Shown: in pieces, positions 48,449 to 59,325 of the stretch
How the letters are laid out: every line of letters starts with the position of its first letter
Numbering within the stretch: position 1 is the stretch's first letter
Virus record (IMG/VR): IMGVR_UViG_3300021142_000004
Origin: a virus
Length of the DNA: 64,000 bases
Reading direction: 5' to 3' (one strand)
Position numbers and translations under genes: made by a program
Notes under the pieces: generated by a model
Told to the model about the DNA's origin: nothing
The model's database searches: none
What the model saw: only the letters and a program-made list of their open reading frames with translations

Positions 48449-51400
48449 TTATTTATTTTGAATTCTAAAATATACCACATCTCCGGTTGTCAATGATAGT
48501 TCTCTCATTAATTTTTCTGACATGGCAATACCATAATTTTTTACTGTTGGCATTATACTAACAGGACCTTGAGCTAATCTTACTCCGGCCATACTATTTA
48601 ATTGATATAATGATTCAACTAAAACAATTTTAGTATTAACAGGGTTATAGAATTTAGTTATAGTGTTATCCATTAATTTATTTACATCTGTATTTTTATC
48701 AAATTTAGTCGAATAAAAATAATTATCAGTTGTAGTTAATTTTAACTCTGACCAAAGTAATGTTGATGGGTTAATAATATGTGTTTTTGGATCTAATTTA
48801 CTAATTAAACTCATTGCAACATTATCATCCAAAGGATATTCGGTTTCATTTCCCATATTTACTACTCTTGCTCTTAACCAAAGATCATTACCATTATCAC
48901 CTTTATATGTGACCATTTGAATTGTTTCATCACCATTAATACCATTATATGGTATTCCACCAATTTTACTATATCCACCATCTTGGTAGAATGAGTTAAG
49001 TGTTTCACCTGCAACAAAGTTACCCGGATCTGTTTTATATTTACCAACTGTTATTACTTGAACAGGTATATTTTTAGCTGTAAAATCAATTTTTGTTAAT
49101 GCAATTGATTTTATTTTTTCAAAATAAGACTTATAACTTGATGTAAAACTATCATTTGGATCAGGTAATGATGATGATGGTATTCTAGACCCTGTAAATT
49201 TTGTTGTTATTGTACCAGGTTTAATATCGTGACTAACTTCAGTTATCCAATATGAACCCTTAAACATTGGTATATTTTTTAAATAAAAATACATTGTAGG
49301 TTGTATCATAACATTACCCATACAAGTAACTTCACAACTATATGATGCTTGTCTATAATAATCAAATAAACCAATATCCACGTTATATGCACCAGCACCT
49401 GATTCAGATCTAGCTAATTGTTCCAATGCATACATTGATGCCGTTGTTTCTTTTATGGTTGATTGATCTAGTTGTACACTTTTAAATATACTTTGATTTT
49501 GATCACCAAAACTAACTTCAAAGGCAACTACTTTATTTGATTTTGAAAAATCACTTACGGTAAATGCTTGATTTGTTGTTATTATTAATGGATTATTATT
49601 TGTATTTGATAAATCAAAACCATCATCTTTAAATAAATATTTTTTACTAACAATATCTAAATGTTTTGAATTTAAACCAACTAATTGTATAATAATTTTT
49701 GGTGTTGATTCTTGATAATCAACTTCTAAGAATGTACCAAAAATATTTTTAGCAACATTTTTAGATGTTGTTAATTTAGGTGTTGTTGAAAAATTAGTAC
49801 CATAAAAATTAACATATGATGGTAATGGTCTCATATCTAAACCAGTACCTTGTATCATCATAGATATTGCACTATATAAATCTTTTTCAATGTTGTTTTC
49901 ATCAATAACACTTGTTAATCTAGTTAAGTCTAAAAATAATTTATCACCAATATCTTTATTGGCTTTATCTAAAAATAAGAATTCATCCATTAATAATCTT
50001 TGACCAATAGAATTACCAGCAATCCATTTGTCATTTAATGTCTTGAAATAATTATATAATTCAATATTTACATCTCTTTGATTATAACCTGCTTGTATTT
50101 TAATGTTAGTTTTGTTATTACTTGCTTTAAAATTATTATTTCTAAATGTTCTAATTAAATTCGTTAAAAATGTTGATGATCTCTGAATACTAGGTTCTAT
50201 AATATTAGAATTGATATAATCATTAAAAGATATTGTGTTACCTTGTTTTTTATAACCAGCATAAATTAATATTAATGGTCTAAAATTTAAGATATTTTCC
50301 ATACTAAGCTCAACATTATTTTGTTCAAAAAAGTTTTCATAGTATAGATCAATATCTTCACCAATATATAGTTTAATATAATTTCTATTTTCTGTTGTTA
50401 ATTGACCAACATTAAATGGATTATATGTAAAACTACTATTTGAATTATTACCAAATCCTTCAATTACATATAAGTTAATTTCTTTAGGATTTGCAATTGT
50501 TAATTTTAATAAATTATTATCTGACAATATTTCATTTGTTACTTGATTTAAATTAGTAACTTGTCTTGTTTTTAATGTATTTATTAAATCATTTAATGTT
50601 AATGAACTATCATTAGGGTCTTTAATAACAGAACATAATGATTTTAACATATCTTGAAAAGATGCGTGTTTTACTAAATCAAAAAGGTTATTACTTACTT
50701 CCGAATTAATACTTTCAGATGCAAAATTTAAAAATATATTTTCAAATTCATTTAAAATATCAGGACTAAATGTACTAATTAAATCTATCACTTTTCTATA
50801 GACTTTATCAAAACCATATATATTATCCGGTGTTAATCCTGTATTATATGTCCTACTATACTCAGAATATGATGGATGTGTTATTCCGTTAAAATTATTT
50901 GTTAAACTAAGAATTTCATCTGACCAAATAATTCTTAAATTAGATTGTTCAGCTTGATAAATATTTTCGGTATTTGTTGTTGTGGTTATTCCCGCTAATG
51001 TAAAAATTCTTTTTTTATTTATTTCATTTCCACCATCTGAAGGTAAAAAAGTATATCTTAAATCACTTGTATTATATTTCGAATTATCTACAAATGTTGT
51101 CCAATAATTTATACTATTTGTACCAACAGTTCTCATTCTTGTTTGTATATTACCATTAATCACATTACCACTAAATGATGTGTTTCCACTATATATATCA
51201 TAAGGTGTATAACCATTAACTATTTGATGATAAATTGCATCATAATATGGATGTACACCTACATCATTAGTTATAAGATCATATGTAACATCATAATTAG
51301 TACCATTATTATTTAATGTATAGGCAGTATATGATGAACCAGTTAAATTATTGTTGAAAAATGTTTGTCCATCAATTATGGTTGTTGTATTATCGGTATT

Positions 51401-54238
51401 TAAAAATCCATTAAGTATATCAAACCCATCAAGAAGATATGTTTTATATCTATGATAAATAGATCCCCATTTAACAATCAAATGATATGGTATATAATGT
51501 GTTGAACCTATCTCTCTAAATAAATCAGACATTACAATACTTGTATTTCCCCCATTACTTAAATCTATTTTATCTTCTAAATCATAAAATGGTAAAGAAT
51601 TTAATAAAAGATATGCTGATCCTACGTATTTACCAAAACTACCATTTTTTCCATAATCACTAAGAAGTTGTTTATGAAAATATGGTGTGTTTAATATATT
51701 AACATTATCTGTTCCTATATTTAATTGTTGAGAAAATAAATTTTGTGTATAACCATTATTTATTTTAACCCAAGATTTTGGATTTATTGGTGATACAATA
51801 AAAGATTCTTTTGTATTAATACTTAAATTACCATTAAATTTTAATGTTTTATCTTCATAATCTTTTAATGAGGAATAAACATTATTATTTTGTTTTTGAT
51901 ATGATAAATATAAATCAGAATTAAATGGATAAATATATTTTCTATATTCTTCTGGTGTATATTTTAATAAACAATTATTTGTTTTTACATAATCCAAATC
52001 ATTACTTGATGTACCAGACATATTGACATTAGATTCAATTGAAAATGGTACATTTAAAGCATCAGTTAAATATGGTGTTGTTGGTAATGAGTCTAAAAAA
52101 TACGGATATCTTTGGAATGGTGATGAAGATTTTAAAAGATCTTGTAATTCTTTTGGGGTTGTTACTTTTTCTCTTAAAAATGTTAATATATTTTCATCTT
52201 CAATAAATGAATTTCTTATGTTATCACTTTCTAAATTTGCTAATTCTAAAATTGTATCATTATCAAAAGTATCAAAACTATTATAATATAATGCTCTTTC
52301 CCAAATTTCATAAAAGGTTGTGGATGGAGTATCATCACCATATGGAATAGTATTTATAAGATATGATAGTGTACCAATACTATTAATTGTTTTTTCTTCA
52401 CTATTACTTTCAAATACAAAAGTTGATTTATTTACACCACCTTCTTTTTCTGTTAAAGGGTCTATTTTTTGTGTTGCAATTGATTTATAATTTTCAAGAA
52501 AATCAATCTCAGGCCATAATATTGGGTTATTTGAATTTAATTTAGTTTGTAAATCAGGTTCTCCCGGATAGGCAATAACTTTTTGTTTATTCTCACCAAA
52601 TGTTTTTTTAATTTCTGGCCAAGGATAAATTGCATTACCAATTGTTTCATCAGTAAATCCTTTTATTAAATCTTTTCTTTTATCAGAAACTTCAAATGCC
52701 TTTCTATGAGTTTCTTGCATCATTCGAATAAAAACTTCAGCATTAGCCAATAGTACACCAAAAATGTTTCTAATAGTTGGGCTAAAACCGATACCTTTTT
52801 TAGGGTCTTTAACAATTTCATTTATCTTATTTTCAATAAAATCTTCAAATTTATTATTTTGTTCGTTAAAATCTTTTCTTATATCTAAAATTTCATTTAC
52901 TAGTTTGTTTATTTCAACAATCACTTGTGTTGAACCTGATAATAGATAAAAATATTTATCAACATAACTAGTCGTTTTTGATGATATTTTAATAAAATTA
53001 GGATTACCTTTTTCTTTGGTAATACTATTAATTAAACTTTGTGATTCTTTTAATTTTTTATTATAATCATTTATTTTAAATTCTAATGAATCATTTTTAG
53101 TTAAACCGGTAATATTTTTTAAAGTTGTTTTATCTTGTCCTGATAAATAATAACCATACTCTTTTGTATCGTTATTAATAACATATTCTGCAGATAAATT
53201 TGTTGATGCCCAACTTTTAATATCGTTTTCAAAATTTGTTAATATATCGTCATATTCCTTTAAAGCACCAACAACTTTTATATTAACTACCTGATCTAAT
53301 ATTTCCCTTTCTAATATTTTATCTAAACTTCTTGCAACAACAAGAACCTCTCTTAATGTTTTAACAGGAAAGTCTTTTGGTAAAATACCCTTTTGTTTAT
53401 ATTCAGAATAAACTGTTTTTAATAATGTATAACCTCTAGATGATTTAGAAACCATTTGTTCATATCTTCCCGTTTTAGGATTAAATGTTGGTTGTGTATT
53501 ATTTTCAATAGGAAACATATATGGTGCATTTAAAACACCTTTTAATGGTATATCTGTTAAAAATGCATATGTTGAACCAATGAATTTTGTAGTTATATCA
53601 AAATTACCGGTATTATCATTATATCTTGTATTAAACTTAACTAAATGTAAACGATATCTTATTGCTTTACCATAAAAACCTTTAACAGTTAAATAAAATA
53701 TTGGCCAAGGTAAATGAAAAAATGCGTTATATGGAGAATTTTCAGGTGATTCAAATAAAGTCTTACCTCTAACATCAATAAATGTCATATCAACTTGAGG
53801 TATATAATTCATACCTTTAACTTGAATATTAACACTTTGTATACCAAAAGTTTGACTTGAAGAATCGGTATTATAATAACTAGGACCCGTATTTGAATCG
53901 TTATTATTTTGTTTTACTTGTGTATTTTCTGCTGGTTTATTTATAAATGAATCAGTCCATGTGGTATCATAATAATCACCATTTGCATTTTTTAACATAT
54001 TAAATGTTCCTGAAGCAATTGATGTTAATGTATTTGGACTATTTTCAGACGCAAGAATTGTTCTTGGGACCAAATCAGCCTCAAGATTAATATACATCAT
54101 TAAATTTTCTTGTTTAATATTTCTAGGTTGTGTGTTTCCATCGTTATCAATAACACTATTTGGATCAATATACATTAAATTGTTTTGATCAACCTTAATT
54201 AAAATATTTTCATTATCTGATAAATTATTGTTCGCCAT
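48449..54238 (-). CDS. Very large baseplate hub/tail protein
   Basis: FGIQSVNI...PQVDMTFIDVRG N-domain and C-terminal CEVTCMGNVMIQP...GSYWITEVSHDI (gp27/GpD-like hub motif). Confidence 0.6.
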   Translation of the reverse strand: MANNNLSDNENILIKVDQNNLMYIDPNSVIDNDGNTQPRNIKQENLMMYINLEADLVPRTILASENSPNTLTSIASGTFNMLKNANGDYYDTTWTDSFINKPAENTQVKQNNNDSNTGPSYYNTDSSSQTFGIQSVNIQVKGMNYIPQVDMTFIDVRGKTLFESPENSPYNAFFHLPWPIFYLTVKGFYGKAIRYRLHLVKFNTRYNDNTGNFDITTKFIGSTYAFLTDIPLKGVLNAPYMFPIENNTQPTFNPKTGRYEQMVSKSSRGYTLLKTVYSEYKQKGILPKDFPVKTLREVLVVARSLDKILEREILDQVVNIKVVGALKEYDDILTNFENDIKSWASTNLSAEYVINNDTKEYGYYLSGQDKTTLKNITGLTKNDSLEFKINDYNKKLKESQSLINSITKEKGNPNFIKISSKTTSYVDKYFYLLSGSTQVIVEINKLVNEILDIRKDFNEQNNKFEDFIENKINEIVKDPKKGIGFSPTIRNIFGVLLANAEVFIRMMQETHRKAFEVSDKRKDLIKGFTDETIGNAIYPWPEIKKTFGENKQKVIAYPGEPDLQTKLNSNNPILWPEIDFLENYKSIATQKIDPLTEKEGGVNKSTFVFESNSEEKTINSIGTLSYLINTIPYGDDTPSTTFYEIWERALYYNSFDTFDNDTILELANLESDNIRNSFIEDENILTFLREKVTTPKELQDLLKSSSPFQRYPYFLDSLPTTPYLTDALNVPFSIESNVNMSGTSSNDLDYVKTNNCLLKYTPEEYRKYIYPFNSDLYLSYQKQNNNVYSSLKDYEDKTLKFNGNLSINTKESFIVSPINPKSWVKINNGYTQNLFSQQLNIGTDNVNILNTPYFHKQLLSDYGKNGSFGKYVGSAYLLLNSLPFYDLEDKIDLSNGGNTSIVMSDLFREIGSTHYIPYHLIVKWGSIYHRYKTYLLDGFDILNGFLNTDNTTTIIDGQTFFNNNLTGSSYTAYTLNNNGTNYDVTYDLITNDVGVHPYYDAIYHQIVNGYTPYDIYSGNTSFSGNVINGNIQTRMRTVGTNSINYWTTFVDNSKYNTSDLRYTFLPSDGGNEINKKRIFTLAGITTTTNTENIYQAEQSNLRIIWSDEILSLTNNFNGITHPSYSEYSRTYNTGLTPDNIYGFDKVYRKVIDLISTFSPDILNEFENIFLNFASESINSEVSNNLFDLVKHASFQDMLKSLCSVIKDPNDSSLTLNDLINTLKTRQVTNLNQVTNEILSDNNLLKLTIANPKEINLYVIEGFGNNSNSSFTYNPFNVGQLTTENRNYIKLYIGEDIDLYYENFFEQNNVELSMENILNFRPLILIYAGYKKQGNTISFNDYINSNIIEPSIQRSSTFLTNLIRTFRNNNFKASNNKTNIKIQAGYNQRDVNIELYNYFKTLNDKWIAGNSIGQRLLMDEFLFLDKANKDIGDKLFLDLTRLTSVIDENNIEKDLYSAISMMIQGTGLDMRPLPSYVNFYGTNFSTTPKLTTSKNVAKNIFGTFLEVDYQESTPKIIIQLVGLNSKHLDIVSKKYLFKDDGFDLSNTNNNPLIITTNQAFTVSDFSKSNKVVAFEVSFGDQNQSIFKSVQLDQSTIKETTASMYALEQLARSESGAGAYNVDIGLFDYYRQASYSCEVTCMGNVMIQPTMYFYLKNIPMFKGSYWITEVSHDIKPGTITTKFTGSRIPSSSLPDPNDSFTSSYKSYFEKIKSIALTKIDFTAKNIPVQVITVGKYKTDPGNFVAGETLNSFYQDGGYSKIGGIPYNGINGDETIQMVTYKGDNGNDLWLRARVVNMGNETEYPLDDNVAMSLISKLDPKTHIINPSTLLWSELKLTTTDNYFYSTKFDKNTDVNKLMDNTITKFYNPVNTKIVLVESLYQLNSMAGVRLAQGPVSIMPTVKNYGIAMSEKLMRELSLTTGDVVYFRIQNK

Positions 54239-54548
54239 AATATAAAGTATATAAATCTACCGATCTTTTGTAATCTTGTAAAGTCGTAATCAAAGGAAAT
54301 GGTATCCTTAATAAAAAATTATCTTCTATTTCAAACTCTAAACCACCAGCAGATGGGTTCGCAGTTAATATCAACCAACCAAATACCGGTGTACCATAAT
54401 TTTGTTGTGATATTTTATCCAACCTATCTTTACCTTTTTTATATAACATATACCTATCAGTTGATTTAATCGGAATATCTAATCCAGGGACAATCCTAAA
54501 ATTACCGTCATTTAAAAAATATTGATATCTATCGAAATAATTTCTCAT
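54225..54548 (-). CDS. LysM-like baseplate protein (gp53/tail X-like)
   Basis: DRLDKISQQNYGTPVFGWLILTANP...LRIP. Confidence 0.75.
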   Translation of the reverse strand: MRNYFDRYQYFLNDGNFRIVPGLDIPIKSTDRYMLYKKGKDRLDKISQQNYGTPVFGWLILTANPSAGGLEFEIEDNFLLRIPFPLITTLQDYKRSVDLYTLYYGEQ

Positions 54549-54553
54549 TTTTT

Positions 54554-57500
54554 TTATTTTTTTCTATAAAAATTTAATTTATTATTAATTACATCAGTTT
54601 GATCTGATTTAATTAATTTAATTTCATTTAACATATTACCATCACTATCTGTTATTGGTGATTCGGTATATGTATATTTTAATTCTTTACTATTTGTTCT
54701 AATCACCGGTTTATCAAATTTTAATGATGTTGATTTTGGTTGTAGTTTAATGAAATCATTAAAATTAGCTTCAATATCATCAATTACTTTTTGACTAAAG
54801 GTATTTGGTGCTGATTTATAAAGATTTAAAATGTTTGTTTTTTCATTTTTTAATAAAACAGGTAATATAGTTATTAAAACACTATCATTAATAACTATGT
54901 TACTATAATTTATCAATGTACCTAATCCACTATACATTTTATTTGTATTATTGGTTATATAATCAATAACTTTACCAATCTCAGTATATAAATCTATATT
55001 TGAAAAACCACTAAACACTGCTTTCGTACCATCATTACCATTTACATTTACTTTTGCATCAGCACTATATGTTATTAAATAATTTAATTTATCCAATGTT
55101 GTAATTACATTATTTCTAAGTGTTTCAAACTCACTTGTACTCTTATCATCAATTAAATTAGTGTGTATTTTTGTATTAATAATACCTAATAAATATGGTC
55201 TTAATAAATTATTTGATGCCAATATTAAATCAGATTTATTTTTTAATGCATTACTTGAAAAATCAAATATTGCAGATAAATCATTAGAATTATTTATCGC
55301 ATTATTTAACGAATCTACCAAATTATTGATTAACACATCAGATTCACTTCCAGTAGGATAAAGTCCAAATAAATTTATAGTATTAACAGATGGTGTATAT
55401 ACATCATAATTTTTTATTGTTCTATAATTTGGTGATAATAAAACAGGCATTATTTCAGGACCATACGTGGTTAATAAAATATTATATAAAATTTCATAAT
55501 TTGAAAAATAACTTGTTACATTTGTAAATAAATCATTTACTATTTTTGTTTCAGTTAAATTAGTACCATCTGTTGAACCAATATATTCACCAGTACTAAT
55601 TTTATTTGTACTTTTAGTAACAGGATTTGCATTATTTGATGGTCTTCTTTTTAAACCTTCCAAAAATTCTTTTGTAAATGTATCTTTATCTATTCCACCT
55701 ATTGTTTCATTTGTAACTTGGGATCTCTCATCATACATTTCAGTATTTGCATAAAAATTAGATGTTAACGCGTTTTGCAATCTTTCGACTGGTTTTTCTA
55801 ACCCTTGTCCACCAATAAATTTAACCTGTAATGTAACACTTGCAATCATTGGTTGGACACCAATACCTTCTGGATTTAAATCCCATATAATCCCACCATT
55901 TTCTTCATATGTTATATTAACATTTTCAATAATGATTTTAGAATGATAAAAATCCCCAATCCTAATAATACAAATTGGTGGAGGACCAAATGTTGTATTT
56001 CTTGCCGGCAAATCACTAACATCTGATAGACCTTTTATTGGTAATGTCTCACCGGGTCTAATACATTGATGTAAAAATGTTAATCTACTATTTAAACCTT
56101 CTGGAGTTGTTGAATGGAAACCTGGATGGAAATATTTTAATTTTTCCCTTAATGATGAAAATGCAACAGGTGATGTATCTTCCAATTGTTTGAAATAATA
56201 ACATTCTGTCAATGTTTTCATTATAATCCTCTTCATAACATCAATTGTTGGCTTTTTTGTTTTTGAGGGTATTGATATTGGTTTTCCATCTTCAACAACT
56301 TTATATTTTGGTGATACCACTGGTGGAGGCGGTGGAGGACCAGGTAATTTATCATATTTAATACCAATACTTACTTGTCTACAAAAAAACGCAATTGGTG
56401 ATACTACTTTTAAATCTTGATTAAGAAAATCTTTATTAATACAATTTGTATTTGCTTCAGGTCCTTTATATCCTTCACCATAACTTGTATAATCAAATTC
56501 TATTGTGTTATCATTATCACTCCATCCAAAGTCTTTTAAATTATATGTTTCAGTAAAATTCGTTTGTCCTCCATTTGTATTTACATTTGAAATATCTACC
56601 CATTGAATATTTGGTTTAGTTGTTCCACCATCTACACTAATGTTATTAAATATATCTTGGGTTATACTATGACTTCTTCTTAATGATAAATCAGCATTAT
56701 ATGCTTCAGTTGCAACTGAAGAACAAGAGGATAAAATTTTAACTTTAATATTTTGTCCTGTTTTTCCTGATATATCAGATTTTAATTGATTTAATTTTGT
56801 TGTATAATTTCCATAATTTGTTTGTAAATCATTAAAAGATTTTGTTAAACCACTTATTATTGTATTTTTATTTTCTGTGGTTAATGGTGTATTCCCACCA
56901 GTTAATAAATTTATATCCTTTGTAATTAATGTTGTATTTAAGGCATTAGTTAATCCATTAATATATGTATTTGATTTACCTGAATATAAACTATATGTTG
57001 TAGTATAATCTTGTGTCGAAATTATACTAGGACTACCATGATCAGGTTCATCATTATCAAAATTTAAAACAAAATTAAAATCAACCGGTGGTTGTGTATT
57101 TTTTTGATCTTGTGATGGATCTTGTGTAACAGTATCATCAATAACTGTTTTATATTTAGTAATTTCTTCGGGTTTTGCATTTTTATCATTAAGATAATTC
57201 ATGACTAATTTTAAATCATCACCATTTAATGTTGTAAATCTTTGAATTAAACCATAAAAATCTAAATCTTGACATCCTGCAAAAAAAGCATTGATATAGT
57301 TATCTGCTTCTTCATCTGACATTCCTTTAAAATACTCTCTAACTAATAAATTTAAAATACTTGGGTGATCCACAACTACTTTAAAACTAATTGTACCTGT
57401 TCTTTCTGTATTTTGATATGTATAAATTGGTTCAGGTCTTCCAATAAATGTATTTGATTCCCATCTTGCATTATTGGACTCTTGTACTTTTAAATCATAT

Positions 57501-59287
57501 GGTGGAAACCACATAACTCTACCACCATTATTACCTTTTTCACATGATGGTAAATCACTAACAGTAAAACCTGGTGTGTTTGATGTTTTCCATGCTAAAT
57601 TTTCAATTGAAAACATATATTTTTTGGCATAAAATTCATTTGGTGCATAGAATTTATTATTTGCACCTGCTTTAGTTATATTTGTTGAATTTGTAAAATC
57701 TTTGTTACCATTTGACATTGGTGCGTAATTTAAATTCCAAACACGACTTTTTCCACCTAAAACACTACTATCCATTTTTCTAACATTTGCAGTACGTTTC
57801 ATGGTATCACTCATCGTATAATATGGTCTATCCTTAGTCCAAACTCTACAATATTCTACACCAGTTTCAATTCCAGTGAATTTATTTGTGTATTTAATAG
57901 CCGAACCTCTTGATAACATTTGTTGTCCTTCTTTGAAGACTCTGCTTGTTTGATCAATTACATTACCAACATGGGTACGTGCTTGACCACCTGGTGGCAT
58001 TGTGTTAAGTAAATCTTGAGTTACACCTAATATAGAACCTTCTCTAAATGTAGTATTAGTTGATAATGTAGGTGTAAATTTACTTTCTTGTGAATTCGTA
58101 TAATTTACATTGTTTACACCTAATTTATTATTCTTTATAGAGTTAATACCATACCATGTTAATTTACCAGAAATACCACCACCTTCTGTTATATTTTTTG
58201 GTTTTTCAAAATAGTCTGTTTGAATTGGATCAAATTTTAAACCTAAATAATATGTACTATGAACAGGTCTTTGAAATTGGTCTGTCATTGCATTTATAAC
58301 ATTATCTGATCTATCGTCACCAATATATGCCACACCTGCCGGTGCTTCTGTTCCTAAAATGTTTTTTACACCCTGAGCGAATTTATCAATAAAATTAAAT
58401 AATTTAGATGAATTTTGCGATCTTGCTGTCGTTGTGTAATTTGGTGCGTATTTTGAAAACGATAATAAATCATATAATCTATTTAATTGACCATTACTTG
58501 TATTTTCAATTAATAAATCAGATGGTTTTCTTGTTGTTTTTGGTCTTCTTTGAATACCAATTAAAGAACCAATAGCCCCTGTAACATCTTGTACTATTGA
58601 ACCTAATTGTGTACTTGGTGTTGGTCTAAAATTAATTGGATTTCTTGGATCTGTTAAATAATCACCAGGTATTGTTGAAAATGGTAATTGTGTACCTGCA
58701 ACTGTTTGAATAAAATCAACAGCTTGACCAAGTAATGAACTTGATACAGTAACTTTATAATTAGGTTCAATTAAAGGTTCTCTACCTGTTAATAAATTTA
58801 ATGCTGTTGCAGTATCACCATTTAAAGCATCAGCCAATCTAAATCTACCAATTGTGGCTGATTGTAAATTTTGTGTGACCCTAGCTAATACAGGTCCATT
58901 TGAATCTGTTTTAATATAATGTGCTGCAAAACGATATAATTCTGATTCAGTCGTATCATCACCACTTGTCATAATACCAATTAGATTATGATCACTAGAT
59001 ACGAAATAAGGGTATAATGATAAGTTTGCCTTCCTTGGTAAAGTATTTAATGTATCATCAATAAAGTATGTCGTAGGTTTATATACATTAACATTTTGAG
59101 ATTGTGTTAATTCAAATGTTCTAACATCCTCTACCGTACCTTGATATATATCAGAATAGTCATTTGTACCTTGTTCAGGATAATTTGTACTAGTAAATGT
59201 TTGTGGTCCGTTAGGTTGATTTAATGTTTTACTTATTAAATAATCTCTAAAAGACTTTGTTGAATTAAAATCTAAATAACTTGGCAT
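54554..59287 (-). CDS. Large tail/baseplate protein with tube-initiator-like regions and an OmpA-like domain
   Basis: FIGRPEPIYTYQNTERTGTISF; FDND...SSCSS....YNADLSLRRSHSI...YGE...CRQV; PPICIIRIGDFYHSK. Confidence 0.6.
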   Translation of the reverse strand: MPSYLDFNSTKSFRDYLISKTLNQPNGPQTFTSTNYPEQGTNDYSDIYQGTVEDVRTFELTQSQNVNVYKPTTYFIDDTLNTLPRKANLSLYPYFVSSDHNLIGIMTSGDDTTESELYRFAAHYIKTDSNGPVLARVTQNLQSATIGRFRLADALNGDTATALNLLTGREPLIEPNYKVTVSSSLLGQAVDFIQTVAGTQLPFSTIPGDYLTDPRNPINFRPTPSTQLGSIVQDVTGAIGSLIGIQRRPKTTRKPSDLLIENTSNGQLNRLYDLLSFSKYAPNYTTTARSQNSSKLFNFIDKFAQGVKNILGTEAPAGVAYIGDDRSDNVINAMTDQFQRPVHSTYYLGLKFDPIQTDYFEKPKNITEGGGISGKLTWYGINSIKNNKLGVNNVNYTNSQESKFTPTLSTNTTFREGSILGVTQDLLNTMPPGGQARTHVGNVIDQTSRVFKEGQQMLSRGSAIKYTNKFTGIETGVEYCRVWTKDRPYYTMSDTMKRTANVRKMDSSVLGGKSRVWNLNYAPMSNGNKDFTNSTNITKAGANNKFYAPNEFYAKKYMFSIENLAWKTSNTPGFTVSDLPSCEKGNNGGRVMWFPPYDLKVQESNNARWESNTFIGRPEPIYTYQNTERTGTISFKVVVDHPSILNLLVREYFKGMSDEEADNYINAFFAGCQDLDFYGLIQRFTTLNGDDLKLVMNYLNDKNAKPEEITKYKTVIDDTVTQDPSQDQKNTQPPVDFNFVLNFDNDEPDHGSPSIISTQDYTTTYSLYSGKSNTYINGLTNALNTTLITKDINLLTGGNTPLTTENKNTIISGLTKSFNDLQTNYGNYTTKLNQLKSDISGKTGQNIKVKILSSCSSVATEAYNADLSLRRSHSITQDIFNNISVDGGTTKPNIQWVDISNVNTNGGQTNFTETYNLKDFGWSDNDNTIEFDYTSYGEGYKGPEANTNCINKDFLNQDLKVVSPIAFFCRQVSIGIKYDKLPGPPPPPPVVSPKYKVVEDGKPISIPSKTKKPTIDVMKRIIMKTLTECYYFKQLEDTSPVAFSSLREKLKYFHPGFHSTTPEGLNSRLTFLHQCIRPGETLPIKGLSDVSDLPARNTTFGPPPICIIRIGDFYHSKIIIENVNITYEENGGIIWDLNPEGIGVQPMIASVTLQVKFIGGQGLEKPVERLQNALTSNFYANTEMYDERSQVTNETIGGIDKDTFTKEFLEGLKRRPSNNANPVTKSTNKISTGEYIGSTDGTNLTETKIVNDLFTNVTSYFSNYEILYNILLTTYGPEIMPVLLSPNYRTIKNYDVYTPSVNTINLFGLYPTGSESDVLINNLVDSLNNAINNSNDLSAIFDFSSNALKNKSDLILASNNLLRPYLLGIINTKIHTNLIDDKSTSEFETLRNNVITTLDKLNYLITYSADAKVNVNGNDGTKAVFSGFSNIDLYTEIGKVIDYITNNTNKMYSGLGTLINYSNIVINDSVLITILPVLLKNEKTNILNLYKSAPNTFSQKVIDDIEANFNDFIKLQPKSTSLKFDKPVIRTNSKELKYTYTESPITDSDGNMLNEIKLIKSDQTDVINNKLNFYRKK

Positions 59288-59325
59288 TATTGTGTTTTAT
59301 TATAAATAGAGATTTTTTAAAAATT

